IMG/VR virus record: IMGVR_UViG_3300045988_020332
DNA from: a virus
Reading direction: 5' to 3' (one strand)
Length of the DNA stretch: 45,014 nt
This document shows positions 32,990-41,118 of this stretch, one piece after another (the first letter of the stretch is position 1; every line of letters starts with the position of its first letter). A program made the translations under genes and the position numbers. A model generated the notes under the pieces. It did no database searches, was not told the origin of the DNA, and saw only the letters and a list, made by a program, of their open reading frames with translations.

Positions 32990-33400
32990 AGAATATCGTA
33001 TAAACACGGCGATGGCATTGAGTAGAGCAGACTGGCTATGAAAAGGAAACGCCAGGCTCTGAACGGCGAAGAGATGAAATGGAGTTGCAGAGAGAAGAAA
33101 CGCAAAGGAGTTGCTACGAAAGGTTCTGAAACGATATGCATAGCTACGGCATAGCTGGGCAGCGAAAAGATGGGAAAAGCTGGGCAAAGGCGCTGAACGG
33201 AAAAGCTACGGCGTAGAAATGTAAAGATTAGATAAGAATAGCTACGAAATGGCGGGGAGCAGCAGCGATGGCTACGGAATGAGAAGTTAAGGGACCGCAG
33301 AGAAACGGCGGCGATGCGCTGGGCAGGGAATAACCGTGGTGGAATGAGCTAAGGCAGAGAGTAGCACGGCAATGTAAGAAAACTATAAAAATTACAAGGA
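32990..33400 (+). repeat. Purine-skewed noncoding island with short dispersed repeats
   Basis: 296 of 420 nt are purines in 33001..33420 (hand count). GCTACG(G/A) x5, GCTGGGCA x3, G(G/C)NCTGAA(A)CG x3. No ORF over 40 aa on the + strand. Confidence 0.8.
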
Positions 33401-33410
33401 GAATAGCAGA

Positions 33411-33998
33411 ATGAAAGAATTAAAAGTAAGATTGACATTTTTGGAAGAAATTTTAGGAACAGCAAGTGCAGACCCGGAGATTCACGAAACGTTTATTGCT
33501 TCGAATGCACCAGACGCACCAACAAGAAAAGAAGAGATTGAAGCAATCGGAATTGAAGAAGTGGTTGAGAAATCCATGACCGTATTCCCGAGAGATAACG
33601 GTGTGCCGATTTACTGGGATTACCAGATTAAGGGCTTTTTCAAAGATGCTTGTGGAATGCTGAGAAAGGTAACTGGTTCAAAATCTTCAAAAATCAAGGC
33701 TTACAAAAAAGAAATTGACGGTCTAATTTTCGTTGAAGAACGTAAAATTCCAATTCATTTTGAAGGTGAAATAGGAACTTGCCAGAGGCCGCTGAGAGGA
33801 CAAACACCGCAGGGTGAAAGAATTGCGCTTGCAAATAGTGAGACAATACCTGCTGGAAGTTGGATTGAGTTCACAATCAAGTGCTTATGCGATAGCCATG
33901 AAGCAGCAGTCAGAGAATGGCTTGACTATGGAGAACTGAGAGGCATCGGACAGTGGCGTAATTCAGGTAAGGGCCGCTTCAAATGGGAAGAAATATAA
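33411..33998 (+). CDS. Hypothetical protein with a C-terminal glycine-rich loop GIGQWRNSGKG
   Basis: AAGGAGAA RBS. ORF track. Confidence 0.6.
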   Translation: MKELKVRLTFLEEILGTASADPEIHETFIASNAPDAPTRKEEIEAIGIEEVVEKSMTVFPRDNGVPIYWDYQIKGFFKDACGMLRKVTGSKSSKIKAYKKEIDGLIFVEERKIPIHFEGEIGTCQRPLRGQTPQGERIALANSETIPAGSWIEFTIKCLCDSHEAAVREWLDYGELRGIGQWRNSGKGRFKWEEI

Positions 33999-34020
33999 AA
34001 GCATGACAGGAGTGATAGGA

Positions 34021-34284
34021 ATGCCGTATAACACAGCAAGAAAGTACTATGAAGGTATCCAGACAAGGAAAGACATATATCTGTACATCATAAGATACTT
34101 GAAAGAACATGATTATCTGCCAAGTATTCCGGATATTGCAGCAGGGCTGAGTATATCCAATCATACTGTACAGAACCACTTTGGCGAGCTACTGGAATGT
34201 GGATTGCTTGAGACGGACAACCCCGGCACGCCACGAGCGTACCGAGTGACAGGATACAAGTTCAGAAAGGTAAAAGAAAAATGA
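34021..34284 (+). CDS. Winged-helix DNA-binding protein (LexA-N/MarR-like)
   Basis: AGGAG 7 nt before ATG 34021. YLPSIPDIAAGLSISNHTVQNHFGELLECGLL. Confidence 0.5.
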   Translation: MPYNTARKYYEGIQTRKDIYLYIIRYLKEHDYLPSIPDIAAGLSISNHTVQNHFGELLECGLLETDNPGTPRAYRVTGYKFRKVKEK

Positions 34285-34664
34285 GTAGCAAGTTAAAAGT
34301 CAAGAAAAAGACAAGATTTCCTGTTCAGACTCCTAATCAGGCAGCTCAGGCGTTCGGACGAGCTATGCAGAACTGCCAGAACCAGCTTAAAGACATAGAA
34401 CAGAAAGCCTATGAAGATGGCTTTACTGTTGGTGAGGATTGGAGCAATACGATCAACACTGTTACAACGATGATGGCTCTGAGACGTTTATATGGCTTTT
34501 CTACGAAGCGATTGCTTGATGTGATAAGAACTGCCAATGAGTACGTTAAAATGGCAAATGAGGGCAAAATGAGCGTTTTGAGCATGATGCAGGACATTGA
34601 AGAGAACACAGATGTAAGATTTGATGAGATGAATAAGAATCTGGTTAAGAAGATGGGAGTTTGA
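34281..34664 (+). CDS. Hypothetical protein
   Basis: ORF track. ATGA overlap. Confidence 0.5.
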   Translation: MSSKLKVKKKTRFPVQTPNQAAQAFGRAMQNCQNQLKDIEQKAYEDGFTVGEDWSNTINTVTTMMALRRLYGFSTKRLLDVIRTANEYVKMANEGKMSVLSMMQDIEENTDVRFDEMNKNLVKKMGV

Positions 34665-34680
34665 CAGGGAGGTGAATTAA

Positions 34681-34878
34681 ATGAATAGAATTCGTACTCT
34701 GAGGAAAATAGGCAGTACGTCTCAAAAAGAATTAGCGAACGCAATAGGAGTGCCACAGTCTTTAGTGAGCTATTGGGAAAGAGAAAAGAAAACTCCATCA
34801 GTGGTTAACGCACAAAAACTTGCTGATTTTTTTGGAGTGGAAATAAAAGATATATTTGTAGAAAAGGCTGCACAATAG
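34681..34878 (+). CDS. XRE-family HTH protein (Cro-like size)
   Basis: QKELANAIGVPQSLVSYWEREKKTPS. Confidence 0.75.
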   Translation: MNRIRTLRKIGSTSQKELANAIGVPQSLVSYWEREKKTPSVVNAQKLADFFGVEIKDIFVEKAAQ

Positions 34879-34916
34879 CATGTCAGTTGCTTACATGGGG
34901 AAAGGGAATAAGAAAA

Positions 34917-35441
34917 ATGAGAGATAAAGAACGCATTTTGATGATTATTATTTCAAGGATCATACCGGGACTGACTTCTTGTACGGCAAAGAAAGAAGAT
35001 TATATTCGACCGTTTATATTTAACACGCATGAATTAAAAGCCGGTGATCTAGTTATGACGAATACTACTATTTTCCCGAATGAATTTATGGTCGGTTTCG
35101 TGCATGAGGTAAAAAGTGATTGCGTCGTTATCCGGGAAATAGGCTCTAAAAAATTGTGCAATTATTATAACGAAACTTTTTCGGTCATTAACAAGGAAAA
35201 ACTGGGGTACGAAATTCTTGAAGGTGTGCAGTATAAAACGTATCAGAAAGTTTTAAAGGCATTTTCAAAATACACAAGCTATTCAACCAGATTTCGAAGT
35301 ATAGAATTTTCTGGTAATACTTGCACGGTAACAAGCAGGATAATGTTCAAGAACGACAAAAACGGCGAAATTTCTTTCGAGTACAACCAGAAGACGAAAA
35401 TTTCCGATATAGGTAAATTGTTGGAAAAAGCCGGGTTATAA
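34917..35441 (+). CDS. Hypothetical protein
   Basis: Internal ATG 34917 is preferred over the TTG track start. Confidence 0.45.
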   Translation: MRDKERILMIIISRIIPGLTSCTAKKEDYIRPFIFNTHELKAGDLVMTNTTIFPNEFMVGFVHEVKSDCVVIREIGSKKLCNYYNETFSVINKEKLGYEILEGVQYKTYQKVLKAFSKYTSYSTRFRSIEFSGNTCTVTSRIMFKNDKNGEISFEYNQKTKISDIGKLLEKAGL

Positions 35442-35470
35442 TACGAAAACGGGGAAAGTGAGAATGAGAA

Positions 35471-35683
35471 ATGAAAAATAATAATTACATTTCTTTTTTT
35501 AAAACGAAACCAAAGAAAGTAGAGAGATACATTCGTTGCAGAAAATGTGGTGGAAATATGGAATGGAGTAGGGACTTTCCACCACAAATCAAATGTACGA
35601 AGTGCGGATATACTATATATCCACAACCTTATGAGCCAGATTGTGTCACACTGCCAGAAACATGGAAGAAATATTTTGAATAA
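35471..35683 (+). CDS. Zinc-ribbon protein
   Basis: CRKCGG...CTKCGY. Confidence 0.5.
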   Translation: MKNNNYISFFKTKPKKVERYIRCRKCGGNMEWSRDFPPQIKCTKCGYTIYPQPYEPDCVTLPETWKKYFE

Positions 35684-35709
35684 TGCGAAAAAGATAAGGA
35701 GGGCACAAA

Positions 35710-35997
35710 ATGAAATTCAAAAGTAACGCTAAGTACAAAGAAGAACCCAAAACTGGGAGTATTTTTACATTAAAATATAATTCTTTAGGAATCAGTATTC
35801 ACAAATATGTTGGTTGCGGAGATTCACTGTTTCTCAATAGCAAGGCACTGAACATTGATAACTATGATCTTGGGACAGAGGATTTTGAGGAAGCCGTCAA
35901 CAAAGCGAAAGAAGTTGTCATGCGTGAAGTTAAGAAAATCAGAGAAGATGCTTACAAATTCTATTCAGACAACAGTATTGAATTTGATAGATATTAA
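35710..35997 (+). CDS. Hypothetical protein
   Basis: AAGGAGGG RBS. Confidence 0.5.
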   Translation: MKFKSNAKYKEEPKTGSIFTLKYNSLGISIHKYVGCGDSLFLNSKALNIDNYDLGTEDFEEAVNKAKEVVMREVKKIREDAYKFYSDNSIEFDRY

Positions 35998-36009
35998 GGA
36001 GGATGCAAA

Positions 36010-36375
36010 ATGAAATTATATTTCTACATTTTAGGCAGCGACAGAGAATTCAATCCGGAAACTAGAACATTCGGAGACTATGCTTTTAAAGTCAGAGTTG
36101 AGGAATGCGAGGTAGTTGAGAAGCCAAAGACGTACAGAGCAGTAACGCGGTTTCCAAAAGGACTTTACATTGAATATGTGAAAAAAGAAGATATTGGAAA
36201 AATTTTTGATTCTTTAACACCATACATTGTATTGACAGCACCGAACTATCAGTTTGTAAAAGATAAATTCTTAGAAAGATATAACGTTGAAATCCACAGG
36301 CTAAAAAAAACAATCGCTATGTACGAGGATAAGATAGCTGTGATCGAAGATTACAAGGAGGACGCAAAATGTTAA
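36010..36375 (+). CDS. Hypothetical protein
   Basis: AAGGAGGA RBS. Confidence 0.5.
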   Translation: MKLYFYILGSDREFNPETRTFGDYAFKVRVEECEVVEKPKTYRAVTRFPKGLYIEYVKKEDIGKIFDSLTPYIVLTAPNYQFVKDKFLERYNVEIHRLKKTIAMYEDKIAVIEDYKEDAKC

Positions 36376-36731
36376 TCAGAAGTCAGAATAAAGCGGTTTT
36401 ATTAAACTTTAGCAATTTGGCTGCAATTTATACCGTAAAAGATGGAGATGATTTTATTATTTCGAGCCTAGAGGGTGAAAATAAATGTACGCTTGGAAAA
36501 TATTCCACCAAAGCAAAAGCCATGAAAGTACTGGATATGATTCAGGAAGCTTATATGGATTTTGAGGCATCAAAGATCACCAGTACAGGATTAGCAACAG
36601 CGGCATACACAGGAAGTTACGATACTCCTGAGAGCGTAGCGTGCGGAATCAAAGCATTGAAAGGATATGCAGAAATAATAAAAGAATCAGTGATCTTTCA
36701 GATGCCAGCGGATTCGGAGGTGGTTGTATGA
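36369..36731 (+). CDS. Hypothetical protein
   Basis: AAGGAGGA RBS. Confidence 0.5.
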   Translation: MLIRSQNKAVLLNFSNLAAIYTVKDGDDFIISSLEGENKCTLGKYSTKAKAMKVLDMIQEAYMDFEASKITSTGLATAAYTGSYDTPESVACGIKALKGYAEIIKESVIFQMPADSEVVV

Positions 36732-36829
36732 TTGCATTCTTATTAGGATTCACCCTTGGAACCATATCCGGAGTGGTCGGCCTTGTATGTGTAGCGATCA
36801 TGTACGATAAGCACCACCCAGACGAGTAG
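36728..36829 (+). CDS. 33-aa TM peptide
   Basis: ATGA overlap. MIAFLLGFTLGTISGVVGLVCVAIMY. Confidence 0.4.
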   Translation: MIAFLLGFTLGTISGVVGLVCVAIMYDKHHPDE

Positions 36830-36843
36830 AAAGGAGCAACGGT

Positions 36844-37155
36844 ATGCTGACAAGGAATAAAAAACTGAAAGACTACGGTATTCCGGCAGAGGACATAGAA
36901 AAACTGAATACGATGCTGAAAGACTTCCCGGCAGAGTACGGATACCTGCTTTCCGGTGCCGCCTTGTCAGCTTGCCCGAAAAACACGGTGATAGCGGATA
37001 TGGTTATTGAGAATATCTTACACCGGAAGAGCTATAGGAAAATCAGCAAAGAAAGATATATCCCGATGAATCCGAAAGACTTCTACGGATACAGGCGCAA
37101 GACCGTCGCTGTACTGTATGAGAGAATGCGGTTGTTGGGAGTGTGGGAGGAATAA
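36844..37155 (+). CDS. Possible sigma-like/ArpU-like transcription regulator
   Basis: The C-terminal FYGYRRKTVAVLYERMRLLG resembles a region-4-type helix. Weak call. Confidence 0.3.
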   Translation: MLTRNKKLKDYGIPAEDIEKLNTMLKDFPAEYGYLLSGAALSACPKNTVIADMVIENILHRKSYRKISKERYIPMNPKDFYGYRRKTVAVLYERMRLLGVWEE

Positions 37156-37158
37156 AAA

Positions 37159-37422
37159 ATGAAGTTAATTGAATTATTAGAGGCAATTGATTTTGATAAC
37201 GTCGAAAGCGGCATAAAAGTCCAGATATGTCACCCAAGAAGAAGTTTGGAAGATTACGATACATCCTGGGAGGATTACGATACATTCAACGCCGGTTCAG
37301 AATTTCTGAAACCATTTTACGATTTAAGGGTTGAATCTTTATCTGCAATAAACACAGATGTGATTAGAGTTGACTTGGATTTCAATGAGAAAGAGGGTGA
37401 AGTAGATGAGCAGACTGATTGA
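37159..37422 (+). CDS. Strongly acidic small protein
   Basis: 23 Asp+Glu against 8 Lys+Arg in 87 aa (hand count). Internal EDYDT duplication. Confidence 0.55.
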   Translation: MKLIELLEAIDFDNVESGIKVQICHPRRSLEDYDTSWEDYDTFNAGSEFLKPFYDLRVESLSAINTDVIRVDLDFNEKEGEVDEQTD

Positions 37423-37654
37423 TGCAGACGATTTAATTGAATATATTAAAATCTGGGAAATTGGAAATAGTATTAGTTCCGACCAAAAAGAGTTTATTGA
37501 TTGTGTTAACAAACAGTACACAGCTTTTGACATAGACAAGGTTGTGGAATCACTTATGAACAGATTTCGTGTTGTTTCAAATGATGAAGACCTAGAATGG
37601 AACAGAGCTATAGATTATGCAATCAAGATCGTGAAGGAGGGTGGAGTTGAATGA
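37406..37654 (+). CDS. Hypothetical protein
   Basis: ORF track. MSRLIDADDLIEYI N-terminus, common in phage early genes. Confidence 0.5.
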   Translation: MSRLIDADDLIEYIKIWEIGNSISSDQKEFIDCVNKQYTAFDIDKVVESLMNRFRVVSNDEDLEWNRAIDYAIKIVKEGGVE

Positions 37655-37932
37655 GTAACGTATCAGTCGAAACATTAGAAAAGTTAAGAGAAAACATGGT
37701 AGGAAGAAGATACAGGCACTTTAAAGGAAGAATCTACATCGTAAATGATATTGCTGTTCATACAGAATCAGATGAAATTATGGTGATTTACAAGTGCTTT
37801 GTAGACCAATTTGTGACATGGTGCAGACCGTTAAGTATGTTTACGAGTGATGTGGATAGAATCAAATATCCAGATGTAAAGCAGAAGAAGAGATTCGAGC
37901 CACTTTCTGAGCAGGAGGCACAGAACGTATGA
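37651..37932 (+). CDS. DUF1653-like protein
   Basis: RRYRHFKGRIYIVNDIAVHTESDEIMVIYK. Confidence 0.6.
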   Translation: MSNVSVETLEKLRENMVGRRYRHFKGRIYIVNDIAVHTESDEIMVIYKCFVDQFVTWCRPLSMFTSDVDRIKYPDVKQKKRFEPLSEQEAQNV

Positions 37933-38366
37933 GAGAAATTCTTTTCAAGGCAAAGCGGATTGATAATGGTGAATGGATAGAAGGACATTACACGGAATGC
38001 AGGGGTGAAACATTTATCGGCATTGATACATCCAGTATGTTTGAGATTTTTTGCCCTCCTGTAATTAGATGGTTTAAAGTTAGCTCAGAAACCCTCTGCC
38101 AGTTCACAGGACTTTACGACAAGAACGGAAATAAGATTTGGGAGAACGATATTGTTAATCATAACGGAGAATATGCCACGGTAAAATTTGGAACGTATTG
38201 TTCGAGTTTTGATTGCGAAAGCTATAATTTGGGATTTTATGTTGATTTTCCAGAAGAGACATTTTACCGAAAAGAACTTGGATATTGGCGTAGAAAGGCT
38301 GAAATTGCCGGAAACGTGTTTGACAACCCAGAATTATTACAGGAGAAATCAGATGAGCAAAGGTAA
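37929..38366 (+). CDS. YopX-family protein
   Basis: ILFKAKRIDNGEWIEG...QFTGLYDKNGNKIWENDIV...GNVFDNPELL. Confidence 0.75.
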   Translation: MREILFKAKRIDNGEWIEGHYTECRGETFIGIDTSSMFEIFCPPVIRWFKVSSETLCQFTGLYDKNGNKIWENDIVNHNGEYATVKFGTYCSSFDCESYNLGFYVDFPEETFYRKELGYWRRKAEIAGNVFDNPELLQEKSDEQR

Positions 38367-38487
38367 AGACATTTCCACTATGTTCACAAGAGAAGAAAAT
38401 AAAAAGAATGGAATAGTTGGATATTATCAGGCTGACAGTAGAAAAATTGATATCATCAGTCCTGCGAAGTATGGAGCATTCTTGTAG
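38353..38487 (+). CDS. 44-aa hypothetical peptide
   Basis: AGGAG 7 nt before ATG 38353. Confidence 0.35.
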   Translation: MSKGKDISTMFTREENKKNGIVGYYQADSRKIDIISPAKYGAFL

Positions 38488-38504
38488 AAAAGAGGTAGGA
38501 GAAA

Positions 38505-38792
38505 ATGAGTAAATCAGTATTAGTGATTGATACACCAGAGAAATGTATATGTTGTCCGCTATTAAACGGTGCAGATGAATGTACAGCACAAGATGATGAT
38601 GCAAATTTCAAAGCTGGTGATTCATGGGATGAGTTAATGAAAGGATGTCCATTGAAGCCATTGCCAGAGAAAATGAAACTAACTGGGCTTTATAACGGCG
38701 AGTATTTCAAAGCAGGAGGTAAACTGCCGAGCTATAAGATCGGCTGGAATGATTGTATTGATGAGATTACAGGAGGAAATTATGATGATTGA
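38505..38792 (+). CDS. Hypothetical Cys-containing protein
   Basis: ORF track. PEKCICCPLL...CPLKPLPEK. Confidence 0.5.
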   Translation: MSKSVLVIDTPEKCICCPLLNGADECTAQDDDANFKAGDSWDELMKGCPLKPLPEKMKLTGLYNGEYFKAGGKLPSYKIGWNDCIDEITGGNYDD

Positions 38793-39147
38793 TTTAACAG
38801 GGAAAAGTGTATTTGTAAAGACACAGGAAGAATATTTGAGTATTCTAAAAATAGCGAGATTTCAGGGATTCACATGGGCGAGAGAAAATCATTTAAATCA
38901 TATTGAAATTCCATTTCCAAACATATTAAATTTTTACTGTGCCAAGACCGTTACTTACAGAAATGATGAAAAAACATTGTGTGAAGCATCCGAAATTATC
39001 GAAGATGAAGAAAAAATCAAGGGTGCAGTAAAACTTGTCAGAGCATTTGCTAAATGCCCGGACAGAACAGCATTGACGGACTCATTTATTAAGTCCTTGA
39101 AGCTGCTTGCAGATACTGTAGAAAGCCAGATGGAAGAGGCGAAGTAG
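38782..39147 (+). CDS. Hypothetical protein
   Basis: AGGAGG 5 nt before ATG 38782. Confidence 0.5.
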   Translation: MMIDLTGKSVFVKTQEEYLSILKIARFQGFTWARENHLNHIEIPFPNILNFYCAKTVTYRNDEKTLCEASEIIEDEEKIKGAVKLVRAFAKCPDRTALTDSFIKSLKLLADTVESQMEEAK

Positions 39148-39573
39148 ATGGAGAGATTAACAAAGATATCCGAAATAGGCAATGCGTATTATCCTAAATG
39201 TTTTGAAGAGCCATGTTGCGGAATGGGAGAATGCTTAGACGATAATTGTAGTCTTATGATTGACGCTTGCAAAAAGCTGGCAGAATACGAGCAGTTAGAA
39301 GAACAGGGCTTACTTGTGAGATTACCAGACGATTTAAACAGAGTATTGTATCAAATAAACTATAGATGGACAAAATGCACTAAATACGGTGAGAGAAGAA
39401 ATAAATGTGAAATCTATAGTTGTGAACGTGAATGTGATAGCAGGGAAGAATATTATATAGTCGAAGTTGATTTGCGATATATTCGGATTGGAAATTATTA
39501 TGATCGTCTTGGCAAATTTTTATTCTTCACCCGTGAAGAAGCAGAGAAGAAGTTGGAGGAATTCAGAAATTAA
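39148..39573 (+). CDS. Hypothetical Cys-rich protein
   Basis: ORF track. Confidence 0.5.
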   Translation: MERLTKISEIGNAYYPKCFEEPCCGMGECLDDNCSLMIDACKKLAEYEQLEEQGLLVRLPDDLNRVLYQINYRWTKCTKYGERRNKCEIYSCERECDSREEYYIVEVDLRYIRIGNYYDRLGKFLFFTREEAEKKLEEFRN

Positions 39574-39596
39574 ATTTAATTTTAAGGAGGCACAAA

Positions 39597-39806
39597 ATGG
39601 GAAGAAACATTTATTTTACGGATAGAGAATTAAGCATGGTAAGAAGCTATGTGTTTGAAGCAACTGATATTTTAGGCAATGCTTCTGATACAGCAAAACA
39701 AGTAGACGAAGACATGGAGAATGGTCTTGGCTCTGCTTTGCGAAAATTATACGAAGGTTGTATTGGAGAATCAAAATACGCAAAGTATAAAACCAAACGA
39801 GGATAA
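39597..39806 (+). CDS. Hypothetical protein
   Basis: AAGGAGG RBS. Confidence 0.5.
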   Translation: MGRNIYFTDRELSMVRSYVFEATDILGNASDTAKQVDEDMENGLGSALRKLYEGCIGESKYAKYKTKRG

Positions 39807-39851
39807 AAATATTTTTAATCCGATAGAGAAGAAGTTGGAGGAGATGAAGAA

Positions 39852-40025
39852 ATGAATAAATGTTGTGCTAGTCAAGACGGTATATGTAGAAACACTATTC
39901 TATTCGGAACTAAATGTGACGGGTACAAAGAAAGATGTAAACTGAGACCAACTTATAGTGCTCTTGAACGAACAGTGAAAAATTATCAGCATAGTTTAAG
40001 AAAAATGTTTGGAGTGGAGGAGTAA
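39852..40025 (+). CDS. 57-aa Cys-rich peptide
   Basis: GGAGGAG upstream. MNKCCASQDGICRNTILFGTKCDGYKERCK. Below the track cutoff. Confidence 0.35.
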   Translation: MNKCCASQDGICRNTILFGTKCDGYKERCKLRPTYSALERTVKNYQHSLRKMFGVEE

Positions 40026-40030
40026 TAAAT

Positions 40031-40225
40031 ATGTCAGACAAACTTACACCAGAAGTAACCCCACAGTTCGCCGTATCAGCATTCGCAGTACTGCATCAAT
40101 ATTGCAGCTCAATCAGTCCACATGACTGCATCAGATGTACATTCTACGAACATTGTCCGGAGTGTTTCGTGGGGTGTCCGGGAGATCAAGGCGAGGTAAT
40201 CAGAAAACTACAGGAAAACGAATAG
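40031..40225 (+). CDS. Hypothetical Cys-containing protein
   Basis: GGAGGAG RBS. Confidence 0.45.
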   Translation: MSDKLTPEVTPQFAVSAFAVLHQYCSSISPHDCIRCTFYEHCPECFVGCPGDQGEVIRKLQENE

Positions 40226-40230
40226 AATAA

Positions 40231-40259
40231 TTGAAAATGATATGATTTTGACATATAAT
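40231..40259 (+). promoter_or_regulatory. Near-consensus sigma-A promoter
   Basis: TTGAAA (40231..40236), 17-nt spacer, TATAAT (40254..40259). Confidence 0.65.
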
Positions 40260-40284
40260 TAAAGAAAAAAAGGAGAAAGTAAAA

Positions 40285-40530
40285 ATGAAAAACATCGATA
40301 AAATGAAACAAAATATAGTAAAACAAATTGAAAATATGAGCGTTGAGAAATTTGAAAAGTTTGCATCGGTTTTGGACGGATCCACGGATATGCCAAAGGG
40401 ATTGATAGATACATCAGTTTTATTTGATTGTGTGAAATGTCAGAAAACATATAGCTGTTCTGGAGAAGATGATGATTTTGAGCAATGCTCAAATAGATTT
40501 AGAGAATATGCATTGAGAGAAGAAAAATAA
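40285..40530 (+). CDS. 81-aa hypothetical protein forming its own promoter-gene-terminator unit just upstream of terS
   Basis: AAAGGAGAAAG RBS. CVKCQKTYSCSG...C cysteine cluster. Confidence 0.55.
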   Translation: MKNIDKMKQNIVKQIENMSVEKFEKFASVLDGSTDMPKGLIDTSVLFDCVKCQKTYSCSGEDDDFEQCSNRFREYALREEK

Positions 40531-40548
40531 ATATGTTTATAAAATTAG

Positions 40549-40576
40549 AGAGTCGGTATTTACCGGCTCTTTTTTA
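40549..40576 (+). terminator. Rho-independent terminator
   Basis: AGAGTCGG / CCGGCTCT stem (one G-U pair) followed by TTTTTT. Confidence 0.75.
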
Positions 40577-40590
40577 ACGCAAAATTCATC

Positions 40591-40630
40591 AAACATGTAC
40601 CACAACTTTTCCGCTGACCTGTGATAGAAT
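40591..40630 (+). promoter_or_regulatory. Late-promoter-like element copy 3: box AAACATGTACCACAACTTTT, 11 nt, TGATAGAAT
   Basis: The 20-mer is identical to 5731..5750. Lies between the terminator and terS. Confidence 0.6.
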
Positions 40631-40680
40631 ATACTCAGAAGTGTTACTATGGGATTTTATAGCCAGTTGGAGGTGAGAAC

Positions 40681-41118
40681 GTGGGAATGACACCAATGTA
40701 CACAAGTGCCGTAGAAATAGAAGATAAAATAGAACAGTATTTTGAAAACTGCAAAGGCTATCCTTTGACTGATAGTAAGGGAAAGCAAATATTTAATAAA
40801 TTTGGTTCACCCATATTCGTAGACGTTCACCCTCCGACCGTTACAGGGCTTGCTTTGGCACTTGGCTTTAATAGCCGACAGAGTCTTTTAAACTATCAGG
40901 GAAAAGCAGAATTCATGGACACGATAACGCGCGCGAAAGCCAGAGTGGAACAGTATACAGAAGAAAGATTATTTGATCGTGACGGTTCAAATGGTGCTCA
41001 GTTCAGCTTGAGAAATAATTTTAAGGGATGGGATGCTGACAAGAAAAATGATGATTCTGGAGATGGAAAGATTACGATTGTGAATAATATTCCGAGGTCG
41101 GAGAAACAGAATGAATGA
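40681..41118 (+). CDS. terS: Terminase small subunit
   Basis: PPTVTGLALALGFNSRQSLLNY HTH typical of TerS. GGAGGTGA RBS. Start is GTG 40681 or ATG 40687. Confidence 0.8.
   Translation: MGMTPMYTSAVEIEDKIEQYFENCKGYPLTDSKGKQIFNKFGSPIFVDVHPPTVTGLALALGFNSRQSLLNYQGKAEFMDTITRAKARVEQYTEERLFDRDGSNGAQFSLRNNFKGWDADKKNDDSGDGKITIVNNIPRSEKQNE

Noticed and set aside
32932-33187. 69-aa and 77-aa - strand ORFs in the purine-rich island
   Set aside because: Their Phe/Ser/Leu/Pro-rich products are the expected artefact of translating a pyrimidine-rich strand. No RBS is present.
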